A DNA stretch of 64,000 nucleotides, counting the filler, from Sphacelaria rigidula (lineage: Eukaryota), in the NCBI GenBank assembly GCA_964200075.2. It is 9 parts of 9 records of this genome, joined end to end, with 100 filler letters (N's around TTAATTAATTAA, not from the genome) between each part and the next. Parts side by side here need not be neighbours in the genome. Positions count along the whole stretch, not along the records: positions 35,635 to 42,660 come from CAXNAA020016892.1; positions 42,761 to 49,786 come from CAXNAA020016893.1; positions 49,887 to 56,912 come from CAXNAA020016894.1; 6 more parts are not named here. One strand, given 5' to 3'. The position numbers were made by a program, and so were the translations under genes. The notes beneath the pieces were generated by a model. The model had not been told where the DNA came from, did not search any database, and saw only the letters and a list, made by a program, of their open reading frames with translations. This document shows positions 39,235-52,234 of the stretch, one piece after another (position 1 is the first letter of the stretch; each line of letters begins with the position of its first letter).

Positions 39235-41170
39235 ATGAGCGAGGCCACACATCACAGGCGGAGAGTGCAGAGGTGTCTTTATTTCGAATGTATCGCGATG
39301 CTTATGAAAGATCCGAAGGACGGTACCCAAACAACATTCATCCTCAATTTTCGACCGTACCACGACAGACATTCGAGGGCGAACAAGATGATACCCACAC
39401 CGAAAGATTGGGATCGGATCACCAAAAACGCCCGCATCACGGACAATCTGGTGGAGAGAATCCAGAGCGTTGTGCCTCGTCTTGCTTGGACGGACAGGTT
39501 TAAGGAGTGAGTGCCGTTAATCTGTAGCCCGGCCGCCGCCCGAGGTAAGGCGCTCTGTCTATATCGAGACCACGTAAGAATGCGCCGCCGTATGCGTAAG
39601 TATCACTGCACACTAGTTGACCTGTCACAGAATGGGGTGCGACGTTTGATGTTTTCGATTCCAATTTCTGTGAACAGCGGCGTGCACAAAATGATAGACG
39701 GTACGTACGGGTTGGAAGATTTCCAGCTGTTCGTGGGGGACTATATATAGCCCGTGGACAAGACGATATCAGAGACAAGAGAAAGCCTGCCGGCTAAAGA
39801 ACAGGAAGGCGATGCCATGAAGGAATTCGAGGCGGTCTACAAGGGAAGACTTCCACGGCCCTTGGAGCTGGTGCGTTACTTCCCGTCGGCAGTTGACTTT
39901 ATTCTAAGAAAGTTCAGATATATATTCGCTGTCGCGAGCTGATCGGTGACCGGCCTCGATGCTCAGGCACGGAAGTCAACTGTATCTTTCCCGGTAGAAC
40001 TGGTTGAGGAGTGTAAAACACCACCGCCCACATACATCTGCACTCCAGAGACAAAGCAGAGACTTACTGCCGGCCGTCCCTTCTTTTGTATCTTAGTTCA
40101 TACTAGACATACCAGAGATCTTGCCCTCACCGCCGTTCGCAGATGACACAAAGAGAGACCCTCAAGTCATTCAGCGAAACGTGGAGGAAAAAATGGAACG
40201 CGATAAACGATAAGACAGCACGTTTAAAACTCGTGGGTGGCGGCGGCGAGGAAGACGTGAACGACGCATCTGTTGGGGAGGCCGACGGCGAGGGTGAGGA
40301 GGGCCGGGACCGCCCAGCAGCGGGTATAGTCGCAAGGGCAAAGTGTGCGAGTCGCGCAAACCCACCGTAGACGTCAGGTGAGCGTGAAATTAACGCACAT
40401 GGAGTATCTAGTCGGAGGGCCGGCACCGAGAGACACATCCATCGACGAAGGCATTGCTTGCGAGACTGTCGATCGATTCGCCGCCGACATATATTCCTCT
40501 GTCCCCCTTCCCGTAGGTACCGATGTACGCACTGCAGGGTTGCACACTATACGTTCTGCGACCTACTCGTCCCTATCTCAGAAGATGCGACTCTGGCCGA
40601 GCGAAAAAAGCGCCTTTGCATATCGTGCGAGGGCGAGCCAGAGCACTGGAAGAGGAAATAATCTCAGGATCCAGCCGGAGACGGCGTTACATCAAATAGC
40701 GGGGAGAAAGCGAGTAAGGCAAGAGTTCCCCGACCGCCCGCCGGCGCCACCATGGAAAAGCAAAGGTGCGAAGCTCGCAGATCCAGACGAGCGTTTCCTC
40801 ATGTGAAAACAGTCGCCGGTGAATTTCATTTTTTCATCACGTGTCTCTCAGCGAGTGTCCTTGATCACACAACCCTTACTTCCCCGTGGATATACCAACG
40901 CTACAAAGGACCGATCGGTTCGCAACTATGGCTGTGTAGCCTTCATGCTCTCGGAGTACACCGTGAGAGTGTTCCTACGTCAGGGTGGGGGAGGGGAGGG
41001 GTGTGGCGGCGTAAGGCAATACCACAGGTCTTAATCAGACGCCAACACTCATGGACGGGAAAAAAACGTTTTGGAGACATGCCGTGCCCCCCCCCAAGAG
41101 TTGCGCTCGTAACAAGAACACAAAACAAGTAAACGCAATGAGATCATACATTAAAGGGAGTCGGTGTTAA
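39235..41170 (+). pseudogene. Decayed intronless long ORF of unknown identity
   Basis: ORF-track segments 39235-39510, 39511-39750, 39754-39942, 39946-40146, 40345-40806 and 40819-41034 share one frame, mostly separated by single TGA/TAG stops. 40143-40370 bridges them by frameshift. No family recognised. Confidence 0.55.
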
Positions 41171-41627
41171 CTGCAGGCTAATAAATATGAAAGAAGAAAT
41201 ACGTAATAATGCCCCGTCGGATAGGGTGCGTGTTTCGACGGTGCTTTTGTTGTCTGCCTCAGGATCGCACTTCACCTGCGTTCTTCCGTCGGATATCGAT
41301 ATGTACCGTGTGGGATGGCCTTCGTTTTTTCGCACAGGCGCAAAACTTATACCACGCACGCGGAAACCCTATCCCGTAGAGGGTGTGAGCTCATCGATGG
41401 AGGCGACTCAGTTGCTGTGGCACGCCAGCCGAAGCTTCTCCTCGTCTCCTTGGATGCCGAGAAAAGCATCCTGACACTAACAGACGACCACGTCAAGAGA
41501 TACTTCAAACGGTTCGTGGGCAAACTGCTGAGCGCCTTGCATCCTTTAGGGACGATCGCATTTGCCGTGCCGCGGCCGTGGTTTCCGCATGGAAATTGAA
41601 TCAGAGGTACTACCGCACACGCAATAC

Positions 41628-41945
41628 ATAGAGGGGGAAATGCGGGATTTAAATGGAGATGGTATGGAATCGTTTGGTACATGGAATTGTGGCGAGAAAA
41701 CGATCGCTATACTCGGAGATAGATGGTGGCCACAGAAGGTGAAGCAGGAAGGGGATAAGATCTGTGAAGAATTTTGTGTCATGTATGGAAGAAACGTCAT
41801 GATTGCCCAAATGTTGGAGGTATTTATTAGGTGTAGGAACGGTGCTCCGGCTAAGTGTCGGGCGGTCAATGTTCAAATGGCGAAGGGAAGCAAAAACGAG
41901 TGTGCACCCCCCCCCCCGCCCGACCGCCCCACCCCGCCCCGGCCC
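41628..41945 (+). mobile_element. 5'-truncated LINE copy (ORF C-terminus plus C-rich tail)
   Basis: IEGEMRDLNGDGMESF..GEKTIAILGDRWWPQKVKQEGDKIC matches LEGKMRNVNEGGTESF..REKTKGIPGNEW of the 54.6-56.8 kb element. Confidence 0.8.
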
Positions 41946-42760
41946 TCGCTGTCGCCGATCCGTCTGCACCACGTCACAGACGCCATCACTCAAGACCACA
42001 CCATGGCGCTCGAAGAAGACCCTGTCCTCATCGAATATTCCAGCAAACACGGGGGCTCTCGGAAGAGAGAAGAGAAATTATATTTCTACCCGCATCACGA
42101 AGCCATCATGGTGGCCAACAAACGGTCAGAGCAAGAGGGGAAATCTTTCACGGTGAACCAAAGGGTCACATTTGCCGACCCCTACGGCAGCACAATCAGG
42201 GGAAAAAACCAGACTGCTGGCAGAAGATCGGCGGCGGGCACACCGAGATGTTGACGTACAAGCAAGGAGCTCCGGCCGGCGGCCCCGAAAATTCTTCCCC
42301 CCCAGGATTGTTGCGCACCTTCGTCTGGAGGTGATGGCGCGTCCGGTGGTTAATGGAAGGCAGCAGCCACCCCTCGTGATGTTGTCAGACGGTTCAGTCA
42401 TAGTCGATATTTGTATGGATTGGTAGTTTTTCAAACCGTGTACACTCGGTCCTATACCACTTTTTACTCCCATATCTTCGATCACTACACTATTGGGTCT
42501 TGTGTTTTCTCCCTCACACAAGCGTAACGCAACTCGTCACGCGACAAGCGGGTCGTTGTATGTACTATTCTATCAGGGTAGCGTGTCACGAAAGGTGCTG
42601 ATTCATTCGTTGAGCGACGAACCTCACAATCGACCACTCTGCGCGGATCGCGAGGTCTCANNNNNNNNNNNNNNNNNNNNNNNNNNNNNNNNNNNNNNNN
42701 NNNNTTAATTAATTAANNNNNNNNNNNNNNNNNNNNNNNNNNNNNNNNNNNNNNNNNNNN

Positions 42761-45700
42761 ATTCGTGGTAGACCTGGGAGTAACTACTTGCCACAGGTCA
42801 ACATGCGGCTCCCCGCCCCGGCCAGGAGAGTGCACTGCTGGATGTCGTTCGTGTTGGGGGTCAGGTGTTGGAGGTCAGGACACAAGGGCCGGAAGTTGAC
42901 TGCTGGCAAGTAGTTCTGCTCCATATCGGAGGTACACTTGGTAGGAGTCACCTGCAGGAAGTCGATATGCGGCGTCATGCCCCGGCCACGGGGGTGTACC
43001 TTTAGTTGTCGTCCGTGTCGGGAATCAGGTCTCGAAGGTCAGGACACAGGGGCCGGAAGTTGACCCCTGGCAAGTAGTTCTGCTCTCTATTCGTGGTACA
43101 CCTGGTAGGAATTACTTGCCACAGGTCAACATGCCGCTCCCCGTCCCGGCCAGGAGAGTGCACTGTTGGATTTCGTTCGTATCGGGGATCAGGTCTTGGA
43201 AGCCAGGACACAAGGCCCGGAAATTGACCGCTGGCAAGTAGTTCTGCTCTCTATCCGTGGTACACCTGGTAGGAATTACTTGCCACAGGTCAACATTCGG
43301 CTCCCCGCCGCGGTCAGGAGAGTGCACCTTTGGATGTCGTTCGTATCGGGGATCCGGTCTTGGAGGCCAGGACACAAGGGCCGGAAGTTGACCCCTGGCA
43401 AGTAGTTCTGCTCTCTATATGTCGTACACCTGGTAGTAATTACTTGCCACAGGTCAACATGCGGCTCCCCGCCGCGGCCAGGAGAGTGCACTGTTGGATG
43501 TCGTTCGTATCGGGGATCCGGTCTTGGAGGCCGGGACACAAGGGCCGGAAGTTGACCGCTGGCAAGTAGTTCTACTCCCTATCGGAGATACACTTGGTAC
43601 GAGTCACTTGCAGCACATCGATATGCAGTTGCCCGCCCCGGCCAGGAGAGTGCACTGCTGGATGTCATTCGTGTCGGGGATCAGGTCTTGGAGGCCAGGA
43701 CACAAGGGCCGGAAGTTGACCACTGGCAAGTTGTTCTGCTTCATATCGGAGGTAACATCGTAGGACTCGCTCGCAGAAAGTCGATATGCGGCGTCATGCC
43801 CCGGCCACGAGGGTGTACTTTTGGATGTCGTCCGTGTCGGGAATCAGGTGTTGGACGTCAGGACACAGGGGCCGCAAGTTGACCGCTGGCAAGTAGTTCT
43901 GCTCTCTATTCGTCCTACACTTGGTAGTAATTACTTGCCACAGGGCGACCGGCGGCTCCAGGCCGCGGCCAGGAGAGTGCACTGTTGGATGTCGTTCGTG
44001 TCGGAGATCAGGCCTCGGAGGTCAGGGCACGAGGGCCGAGAGTTGACCCCCGGAAAGTAGTCCTGCTCTCTATTCGTGGTAGACCTGGGAGTAACTACTT
44101 GCCACAGGTCAACATGCGGCTCCCCGCCCCGGCCAGGAGAGTGCACTGCTGGATGTCGTTCGTGTTGGGGGTCAGGTGTTGGAGGCCAGGACACAAGGGC
44201 CGGAAGTAGACCGCTGGCAAGTAGTTCTGCTCCATATCGGAGGTACACTTGGTAGGAGTCACTTGCAGGAGGTCGAAATGCGGCGTCATGCCCCGGCCAC
44301 AGGGTGTACTTTTAGTTGTCGTCCGTGTCGGGAATCAGGTGTTGGAAGCCAGGACACAGGGGCCGGAAGTTGACCGCTGGCAAGTAGTTCTGCTCTCTAT
44401 CCGTGGTACACCTGGTAGGAATTACTTGCCACAGGTCAACATGCCGCTCCCCGTCCCGGCCAGGAGAGTGCACTGCAGGATGTGTGGTTCGTTTCGGAGA
44501 TCAGGCCTTGGAGGTCAGGGCACGATGGCCGAGAGTTGACTCCTGGCAAGTTGCCATGCTCTCTATTCGTGGTAGACCTGGGGGTTACCACTTGCCACAG
44601 GTCAACATTCGGCTCCCCGCCCCGGCCAGGAGAGTGCACCTTTGGATGTCGTTCGTATCGGAGATCAGGCCTCGGAGGTCAGGGCACCAGGGCCGGGAGG
44701 TAACCCCTGGCAAGTAGTCCTGCTCTCTATCCGTCGTACACCTGGGAGTAATCACTTGCCACAGGTCAACATTGGGCTGCCCACTCTGGCCAGGAGAGTG
44801 CACTGCTGGAAGTCGTTCGTATCGGGGATCAGGTCTGGGAGGCCAGGACACAAGGGCCGGAAGTTGACCGCTGGCAAGTAGTACTGCTCTTCATCGGAGG
44901 TACACTTGGTAGGAGTCGCTTGCAGCAAGTCGATATGCGGCTCCCTGCCCCGTCCAGAAGGGTGCACTTTTGGATGTCGTTCGTATCGGAGATCAGGTCT
45001 CGGGGGTCAGGACACAAGGGCCGGAAGTTGACCGCTGGCAAGTAGTTCTGCTCTTCATCGGAGGTACGCTTGTTAGGAGTCCTTTGCAGCAAGTCGATAT
45101 GCGGCTCCCTGCCCCGGCCAGAAGGGGCACTTTTGGATGTCGTTCGTGTCGGAGATCAGGCCTCGGAGGTCAGGGCACGAGGGCCAAAGGTATCCCCTGG
45201 CAAGTAGTCCTGCTCTCTATTCGTCGTACACCTGGGAGTAATTACTTGCCACAGGTCAACATTGGGTTGCCCGCCCCGGCCAGGAGAGTGCACTGCTGGA
45301 TGTCGTTCGTATCAGGGATCAGGTCTTGGAGACCAGGACACAAGGGCCGGAAGTTGACCGCTGGCGAGTAGTTCTGCTCTTCATCGGAGGTACACTTGGT
45401 AGGAGTCATTTGCAGCAAGTCGATATGCGGCTCCCTGCCCCGGCCAGGAGAGTGCACGTTTGGAAGTCGTTCGTGTTGGATATCAGGTGTTGGAGGTCAG
45501 GACACAAGCGCCGGAAGTTGACCGCTGGCAAGTAGTTCTGCTCCCTATCGGAGGTACACTTGGTAGGAGTCGCTTGCAGGAAGTCGATATGCAGCTCCCC
45601 GCCCTGGCCACGAGGGTGTACTTTTGGATGTCGTTCATGTCGGGGATCAGGTGTTGGACGTCAGGACCCAAGGGCCGGAAGTTGACCGATGGCAAGTAGT

Positions 45701-46060
45701 TCTGCTCTCTATTCGCGGTACACCTGGTAATAATTACTCGCCACAGGTCAACATGCGGCTGCCCACCCCGGCCAGGAGAGTGCACTGTTGGATGTCGTTC
45801 GTGTGGGAGCTCACGCATCGGAGGTCAGGGCACGAGGGCCGAGAGTTGACCCCTGGCGAGTAGTTCTGCTCTCTATTCGTGGTCCACCTGGGAGTAACTA
45901 CTTGCCACAGGTCAACATGCGGCTGCCCACCCCGGCCAGGAGAGTGCACTGTTGGATGTCGTTCGTATCGGGGGTCCGGTCTTGGAGGCCAGGACACAAG
46001 GGCCGGAAGTTGACCGCTGGCACGTAGTTCTGCTCTCTATCGGAGGTACACTTGGTACAA
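42761..46060. repeat. Satellite DNA, 164-bp monomer (~20 copies), two monomer subtypes
   Basis: GGAGAGTGCACT and GGAAGTTGACCGCTGGCAAGTAGTTCTGCTC recur every 164 nt; array truncated by the scaffold start. Confidence 0.95.
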
Positions 46061-49000
46061 GTCAGACTCCCTCATGGAGGAAGTCGAGCTTGTTATGGTA
46101 TATGTCGTGTCAAGCCGCGCTTGTGTAGGAGCGTGTGGCACAGAAGTGGAAGGGTTGTCAGTGGACGAAGTCGAGCGTGGGATGCTGTACATCGTGGCAG
46201 GCCCACTTTGCGTGGGATCTGGGGACAGGAGTGGGGGAGGCTCATGTGTCGAGTGAGTTGAGCTTTGAGGTAGTTTATCTCGTAGTATGTCACATTAACG
46301 TACAACTGGGGACACGGAGGGGAAAGGGGCCAACTTGCTTGTGGAGGGATTCGAGCTTGGTATGGTATACCTCGTCGCGAGCGTGTTTGACCGGGCGGCA
46401 CGGAAGGGGAAGGCTTATTTGTGGAGAAAGTCGAGCATGGGATGGCGTACCTCGCAGAAGGCTGAGTTTGCGTAGGACCGGGGGGTGGGAATGAGGGAGG
46501 CTTGCGTGTCGAGAAAGTTGAGCTTGGGATAGTACACCTCGTGGCGGGCCGAGTTCACTCGGGGGAGGGGAAGTGAGCGACTCCCTCATGGAGGAAGTCG
46601 AGCTTGTTATGGTATATGTCGTGTCAAGCCGCGGTTGTGTGGGAGCGTGGGGCACAGAAGTGGAAGGGTTGTTAGTGGACGAAGTCGAGCGTGGGATGTT
46701 GTACCTCGTGGCAGGCCCACTTTGCGTGGGATCTGGGGGCAGGGATGGGGGAGGCTCATGTGTCAAGGAAGTTGAGTTTGGAATGGTATACCTCGTGGTA
46801 GGCCGTGTTTGTGTGGCACTAGTGGTCACGGAAGTGAAAAAGGGCGACTTGCTTGTGGAGGGATTCGAGCTTGGTATGGTATACCTCGTCGCAAGCGTGT
46901 AGGAGCGCGGGGCACGGAAGGAGAGGACTCGTTTGTGGAGAAAGTTGAGCGTGGGATGGCGTACCTCGCAGAAAGCTGAGTTTGCGTAGGACCGGGGGGC
47001 AAGGAACAGGAGTGCTCGAGTGTCAAGTAGGTCGAGCCCGCGATGGGGAGGTTCGTGGTAGACTGGGTTCGCGTAAAGGCTTCCTCGTAGAGGGAGTGGA
47101 ACTTGGGATAGCATGCTTCTGGCAGGGAATTTGCGTAGGACCGGGCGGTGACAGTGATGGTGGCTCGCCTAATGAGGAAGTCGAGCGTTAGACGCATGGG
47201 ATGGTGTACGTCGTAGTAGGACGAGTTGATGTAGGACCGGAGAGTGGGAATAGGAGAGATTTGTGTGTCGAGGAAGTCGAGCTTGGGATGGTACACACTC
47301 GTGGCAGGCCGCGTATGCGTAGGATTGAGCGGCACGGGAGGGAACGGCGGCGACTCACTTGTGGAGGTCGAGCTCGGGATGGTTAATATCATGGCCAGTC
47401 GCGCTTGTGTAGGAGCACGGAGCATGGAAGAGGAAAGCTTACGTGTGAAGAAAGTCGAGCGTGGGATGTTATACGTCGTAGCAGACACAGTTTTGGTGGG
47501 ACCGGGGGGCAGGGATGGGGGAGGCTTATGTGTCGAGGAAGTCGAGCGTGGGATAGTACACCTCGTGGCGGGACACGGGAGGGGAAGCGGGCAATTTTCT
47601 TGTGGAGGAAGTGCTTGGTATGATGTACGTCGTGGCAATCCCGTAGGATCGGGAGGTACGGAAGAGGAAGTCTTGTTTATGGAAGAAGTCGAGCGTGGGA
47701 TAGTATACCTCGCAGAAGGCCGAGTTTGCGTAGGACCCGGGGATTGGAGTGGGGGAGGTTTGCGTCGACGAAGTCGAACTTGAGATAGTATACCTCGTGA
47801 CAGGCCGTGTTTTTGTAGGACTGGGGGGCACGGCAATGGAAGGGGACGGCTTGTGGCGAAAGTCGAGCTTGGAATGGTACATGTCGTAGCAGGCTGGGGT
47901 TACGTAGCAGCGCGGGGCACAGAAGAGAAAGGCTTGTTTGTGGGGGAAGACGAGCGTAGGATGGTGTACGTCGTAGCAGACCCAGTTTGTGCAGGACCGG
48001 GAGGCAGGGATGGGGGAGGGTCGTGTGTCGAGGAAGTTGAGCTTGGGATCGTACGACTGGGGGACACGGGAGGGCAAGGAGGCGACTTGCTTGTAGAGAG
48101 AGTCGAGCTTGGTATGGTGTATCTCGTGGCAAGCGCGTAGGATCGGGGGGCACGGAAGAGGAAGTGTTTCTCGTGGAGAAAGTCGAGTGTGGGATGGCGT
48201 ACTTCGCAGAAAGTTGGGTATGGGTAGGACCGGGGGGCATGGAAGAGGGGTGCTCGGGTGTCAAGTAGGTCAAGCGTGCAATGGTGAAGTTCGTGGTAGA
48301 CCGAGTTCACGTAGAGGCTTGCCTGTGGACGAAGTCGAGCTTGGGATAGCATACGTCGTGGCAGGTGGAAATTGCGTGGGACCAAGGGTAGTGGAGACAG
48401 TGGCTTGCCTGTTGAGGAAGTCGAGCTTTGGGCGGTGTACGTCGTAGCAGGCCGAGTTTGTGTAGGAACGGGGAGTGGGAATGGGGAAGGAGTGCGTGTC
48501 GAGGAAGTCGAGCTTGGGATAGTGTACCTTGTGGCAGGCGGTGTCTACGTAGGATTGGGGGGAACGGGAGGGGAAGGGTGTGACTTACTCATGAGGGGAG
48601 TCGAGCTCAGGATGGTATATGTCGTGTCAATCCGCGACTGCGTAGGAGTACGAAGCACGGAAGAGAAAGGCTTGCGTTTGAAGGAAGTCGGGCGTGAGGT
48701 GGTGTGCGTCGTAGTAGCCCAGTCTCGGTTGGACCGAGGTGCACTGGAGATGGAGATCTACTTGTGAAATAAGTCGAGGTTGGGATGGTGTACGTCGTAG
48801 AAGCTCTAGTTTGCGTAGGATCGTGGCGGCCACGAAAGAGGAATGCATTCTTACGAAGGAAGTCGGGCGTATGATGGCGTACCTCGTAGGAGGCCGAGTT
48901 TGCGTATGACCGGGGTGCATGGGAGAGGACGTCGGGGGTGGGATGGTGTAGTCCGTAGCAGGCCCAGTTCGCGTGAAGGTCTGCTTGTGCGTTTGTAGTG

Positions 49001-49330
49001 TGTGTGCTTGTAAGTAGTCGAGCTGGTGAAAGTTGCGTAGGACCAGGGGCTGTAAAGACGATGGCCTATGGGTGAAATATGTCGAGCGCGGGATGATGTA
49101 CTTCGTAGCAGGCTGAGTTTGCGTAGAACCGGGGTGCAGGGGTGGAAGAGACTTGTTGGCGGATGTCGAGCTTGGGATAGTATACCTCGTGGCAGGCGGT
49201 GTTCTCTCGGGAGAGGGGAAGGGGGCGACTTGCTTGTGGAGGAAGTCGATCTTGGCATGGTGTATTTCGTGACAAGCCGTGTTCGCGTGAAGGCTTGCTT
49301 GCGGAGCAGTCGGACTTGGAGATACCAAAC
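46061..49330. repeat. Second satellite, diverged ~80-90-bp G-rich monomer (~38 copies)
   Basis: Recurrent GAGGAAGTCGAGC(T/G)TGGGATGGT(A/G)TAC(C/G)TCGT(G/A)GCAGGC motif; block repeats at 514 bp (46065/46579) and ~1240 bp (47012/48250). Confidence 0.9.
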
Positions 49331-49736
49331 CCGTGACACGTCTCGTGGCAAGTCGAATTCGCGTTAAAGGGGTCGTTTAAGGGGGGTTGGGGGGCTTGCT
49401 CTTGTTTTTTTTCTGGCGTGTGAGATCGTTTCTTGTGCCGCAACACAGATGAAACTTTGAGACTCACAGCCGTGTCTTCGTTATATAAAACAGGGTTTAT
49501 CTGATTGATGAAACCCTTCGGCGCGAGATGCCACCCGTTTGGCTGTAGATCGACCATTGTAAATATGTGACAGGCAAAGTCTCGACCATCTAGAAATACC
49601 GCCACAATTATTACACGGTACAAAAATATGTCATCGGGGGTTGTGGCGGCAAGCATAGCAGCTACCACTCAGCGACACGAGCTGGGCCAGCCTCACGACG
49701 GACTTCAGCCGCCGATTTTTGGTGTGAACATTCCAT

Positions 49737-49786
49737 GGGGGGGGGGGGGGTACTCATTTGTTGCTTGCCCTAGTCGTTTGACCATT
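49737..49786 (-). mobile_element. LINE 3' end with poly-C tail, cut by the scaffold end
   Basis: Reverse complement AATGGTCAAACGACTAGGGCAAGCAACAAATGAGTA followed by a C run. Confidence 0.75.
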
Positions 49787-49895
49787 NNNNNNNNNNNNNN
49801 NNNNNNNNNNNNNNNNNNNNNNNNNNNNNNTTAATTAATTAANNNNNNNNNNNNNNNNNNNNNNNNNNNNNNNNNNNNNNNNNNNNAAAAAAATA

Positions 49896-49967
<72 letters not shown>

Positions 49968-51766
49968 GGGGGGGATTTTCCACTTTTGGGTCATTTGACA
50001 CGGTTTTTGGACCTCCAACAGGAAGCATCGTCATCACACATCTTGGACACTTCCCACCACCCCACCGACGGGAGAATCCAGCCCACTTTTTTCCGACTCG
50101 CTTGGCTCCGAGGTTTCAAGAATGGCCTCTGAACAAAAATGAGGCTGGACAAAACAAATGAGATTCTACAAGCACGTCAGCGAAAAAATAGAAACATGAG
50201 AAAAAATAGCACGGCTCTGAGCAACGAATTGAAAGCACTAACTATATATACAATGCTAGATACGCATCTCAACACGAGTAACCCCATACAGATCGATGCC
50301 GGTATACGCATGCAATAGCTGAATTTTCGTACAAAACAGTCCAATAGTACAGTGACCGCAAAGCTTCGGTGAATGCACGAAAACTCGCGGGGTCGGAAAC
50401 AAGCATCACGTTTCGGACGTCAAAAGCCTGACTTTTACTAGATCCGTAGAGTGCTACCAGCGACAAAAATTCAAGGCGGGTGGCGGGTGTCTATCTTACG
50501 TTGTTGAAAAAAACAAAAACAAGGATAGATACAAACGAGAAAAGGGAGAACGCGAAGAAAATGATAGGGTGTCGTCTGTGAGAGTCACCTACCTCCCCGA
50601 AAGTTTTCCGCCTGAGTTCCAGAGCCCCCGGCGTCGACCTGCACACGCCAGCAGATGCAAGTTAAGCGTTGGACGTTAGGCCCCAGGCATTGGGCGCGTT
50701 AGGCGTTGGATGTTAAACGCGTTAAACGTCTTAGACGTGTCAGGCGTTAAAATATGCGTTTTTAGACGTGTTCGACATTGGACGTGAGACGTCTCACGTC
50801 TCACGTCACATCCCAAAACACGCCACACGTTGAATCCGATGACAAAAAGAGTTTACACATGGCGTAATGTTCAAAGCTTTTATTGGTTTTTCAAGACTAT
50901 AGACATCCGATATGGGTCCCGAAAATGCATACACATACTCGTATACGGATCATGATTCTCGCCTTATACTTCCTGCGCGGGTTGCACACTCCGAAGAAAA
51001 ACTACCCAAGTGCGGTTTTGCGACGCTCTCCGCCGCGATAGAAAAGCAGCGGAACCTCGTTTTGGTGTTTTCTTACACGAAAGCGACCTCACAGTAATAC
51101 AAAAAGCTGACTCTATTCCCATCACATATATACACATACACTGGGGAAAATGTTATGACAAACGGTTCCACGGAGCGTGAGATTCCAGTGGATATGCAGG
51201 AAAAAGCGATTGCTCTGGTCGATGGACTCCTCCACAATCCAGCGCCACAAATGACACATAGTCGAAAATACGCGATTTTTACCGTGAACTTGATCATATT
51301 CGTGTCCCTACAGGGCCCACAATACCGAGGGGACCCCCAGCGTGCTCTCAGTCGCAATCTGGATAATAGATCACATTGTCAAAAGCTTTGTTTACGTGTG
51401 ATACGGAATCTGTTGTCCACTGCAGTTGACGCAACAGTTGGTACTATACGCGGTACACTTTTTAGCAGAGTGATATATGTTCCGAGGTGCGCTTTGTCAG
51501 CACACATTTTGGCCCAAAACCGGCACCACAGGATCCCATCTAAGCATCGCCGATACGTACTTGTGCCTGAAGCACTTCATGCACCCCCCTTCCCCGAGAG
51601 TTCTCGGTTTGCCTTCGGTCGGGATGTGTGGGTTTTAGGGGGCAGCCTTGGGGATGAGCAGCTACAAAGTATGTCCGACCATGGACTCGGGGAGCCGGGT
51701 TGGGAGGGGTACTCGCGAGCAAAGAGTAGTTGCTCTCCGGTATAGCGTCGAGACTGCTGATTTGAA

Positions 51767-51841
51767 CCCTTTGACCGCGAGGGTGGGTGATCTGGATCTT
51801 GTTGTTGATTCGACAGATGACCCACCCTGGGCGTCGAAGAG
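51767..51841. mobile_element. piggyBac-type mini-MITE, diverged copy
   Basis: CCCTTTGACCGCGAGGGTGGGTGATCTGGATC...GATTCGACAGATGACCCACCC...GAAGAG|TTAA. Confidence 0.5.
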
Positions 51842-52192
51842 TTAAAGGTCAGCTAGAGATGCTGCTCCAAAATACGGCCTCACTCTCGAGGGATGAAGCT
51901 TTATTATCTCGCGGTGGTTTGAGTGGACCGCTTCTAAACCGGGCCCCGCCCCGGGGCAGGGGATAGTACTACGGGGGGCGGGAGGTCTTGGTAGTTGGAA
52001 CGACGGCCGCATCTGCGTGAACTTGCGATGGGCAAAATGATCATCGAAGGATGAGGACAAAATAAATCACTCATCCAAGCAACCGCCAGCACGAGATGAT
52101 GGAAAATACTCCATATTACATGACTGCATTTGTAGTTGTCACCTCTTGTGTGCACCAACAAAAAAAAAGTACACCAAAACCACCGCCACACC

Positions 52193-52193
52193 C

Positions 52194-52234
<41 letters not shown>
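52193..52234. repeat. (CAA)n microsatellite
   Basis: About 14 units. Confidence 0.95.

Noticed and set aside
42784-46027. Series of 64-133-aa ORFs with repeated peptides
   Set aside because: 164 is not a multiple of 3, so the ORFs simply cycle through frames of the satellite.
46290-49351. Long ORFs (274, 336, 198, 233 aa) and the repeating peptide VEEVELGMVYLVAGRVCVG
   Set aside because: By-products of a stop-poor satellite; the frame shifts between monomers of unequal length.
49887-49975. Long poly-T/poly-G run and K/P-rich ORF
   Set aside because: Scaffold-end homopolymer, likely low-quality sequence.
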